A stretch of DNA of 63,094 nt, filler included, from Octopus bimaculoides (Eukaryota), in assembly GCF_001194135.2 (NCBI RefSeq). It is 7 parts of 7 records of this genome, joined end to end, with 100 filler letters (N's around TTAATTAATTAA, not from the genome) between each part and the next. Parts side by side here need not be neighbours in the genome. Positions count along the whole stretch, not along the records: positions 60,116 to 63,094 come from NW_026342043.1; 6 more parts are not named here. One strand, given 5' to 3'. The position numbers and the translations under genes were made by a program. Under the pieces are notes generated by a model, which worked only from the letters and a program-made list of their open reading frames with translations, was not told where the DNA came from and made no database searches. Position 1 is the stretch's first letter, and each line of letters starts with the position of its first letter. Shown piece by piece: positions 62,107 through 63,094 of this stretch.

Positions 62107-62635
62107 GCAGGCATGGCTGTATGGTGCAGAAGCTCGTTTTGCAACAACCACCTAATTTTGGTCTCGGATTCAGTCCCACAATGCGGCACCTATTATAGCC
62201 ACGAATCGACCAATGCCTTGTGAGTGAAATTGGCTAGCGGAAACTGTGTAGAAGCCGTTGGAAAGCCCGTGCAAATACATATATGTATATGCACGTATAT
62301 CTTTATATGTGTGTGTAGGTAGATGGGTGTCGTTATCTGTGTTTGTTGCCTCTCCCACCTAATACCTGACAACCGGTGTTGGTTTGTTTACGTCACCGCA
62401 ATTGAGCATATATGGATGTCTTTGTGTTTGTGTCTGTCTTCGCCACTGCTTGCCGACTAGCGTTGCTTTTCTTTCTCTTACGTCACTGTAACTTAGTGGT
62501 TCGGTAAAAGGAAACGATGAAGTAAGTACCAAACTTGAAAAATAAGTACCGCGGACAGGTTTTCAACTAAAACACTTCAAGGCGGTGCCCCAGCGTGGCC
62601 ACAACCCAAAAGCTGAAACAAATAGAAGGAAAGAT
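62107..62635 (+). mobile_element. Two adjacent diverged family-A SINE pieces
   Basis: Head gcaggcatggctgtatgg...ttcagtcccac, core ctattatagcc..cgaccaatgccttgtgagtg; second tail gtaacttagtggttcgg...ggcggtgccccagcgtggcc. Confidence 0.75.
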
Positions 62636-62802
62636 AAAAGATGAAAATGTATTCTATATTTTTCATTCTTACGTATCGATATTATCATTGATTAATGAAA
62701 AAAATTGATTTCTAAAAATGTGAGGGTAAGCTGAGATGTTCATGGCTTTAGGTAAAAAAAAAAACAACAACAAAAATACAGGCGGATCAGTTAATTATGA
62801 TT

Positions 62803-62930
62803 TTATTCAACATATTCCCCTCTCAAATTCTCACACTCACTTTTTCTAAGCCCTGTAAAAGAACTCAGAAGGTTGGGGCTACAACCAGGCCTTTCGCGAA
62901 ACCCTTCATGCCTGGTACTCTTCGGCACTC
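62803..62930 (-). pseudogene. Mariner transposase C-terminal remnant
   Basis: Minus frames VSRKAWL*PQPSEFF / QGLEK / NLRGEYVE*, fitting the W...Q..EFF..G..KL...C....G.YVE mariner end. Confidence 0.7.
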
Positions 62931-63094
62931 CTTCGTAAGTCTATGGAGTTTGGGTGATAGTATAGTAACTAAAACTGATGCAACTTGTGAATTGTAGTTA
63001 CTTTATCCGTTGTATTATATATTTTACTGCTTTACCAAGAAAATGAAGTTAAAAAGCGTCAATTTTGTCCGATGTATACGGGGTGTTTGGGTTA

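Overview
Repeat-saturated, AT-rich eukaryotic DNA with no host protein-coding exon I can support. The SINE repertoire and microsatellite load suggest an octopod cephalopod (Octopus-like draft assembly); this is inference. The window is not one contiguous locus: six artificial 100-bp spacers (44 N + TTAATTAATTAA + 44 N) split it into seven segments, and many sized N-gaps sit inside microsatellites. Content: dozens of tRNA-derived SINE copies in several head/core/tail combinations (labelled A-E here for convenience); one near-intact tRNA-Gln(TTG) joined to a SINE tail; a decayed L1/Tx1-type ORF1 interrupted by a TSD-flanked SINE dimer; remnants of Tx1, CR1/L2-group and probable RTE LINEs, a Gypsy integrase, three Tc1/mariner transposases and two Penelope-type GIY-YIG regions; Helentron/HINE-like pieces; and several MITE/fold-back elements. 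Best candidates for something new: (1) a young 279-bp fold-back transposon with a perfect 9-bp TSD whose inverted arms carry outward-facing TTAGGG tracts (1894-2172); (2) minimal hammerhead-ribozyme motifs in Penelope-like repeats, two on the same strand about 0.7 kb apart with the same ACGT helix-III palindrome (44022-44774); (3) modular SINE construction (tRNA-Gln plus tail; a co-inserted SINE dimer); (4) a possible ORF1-only 'half-LINE'. No database search or folding program was run; family names come from motif recognition.
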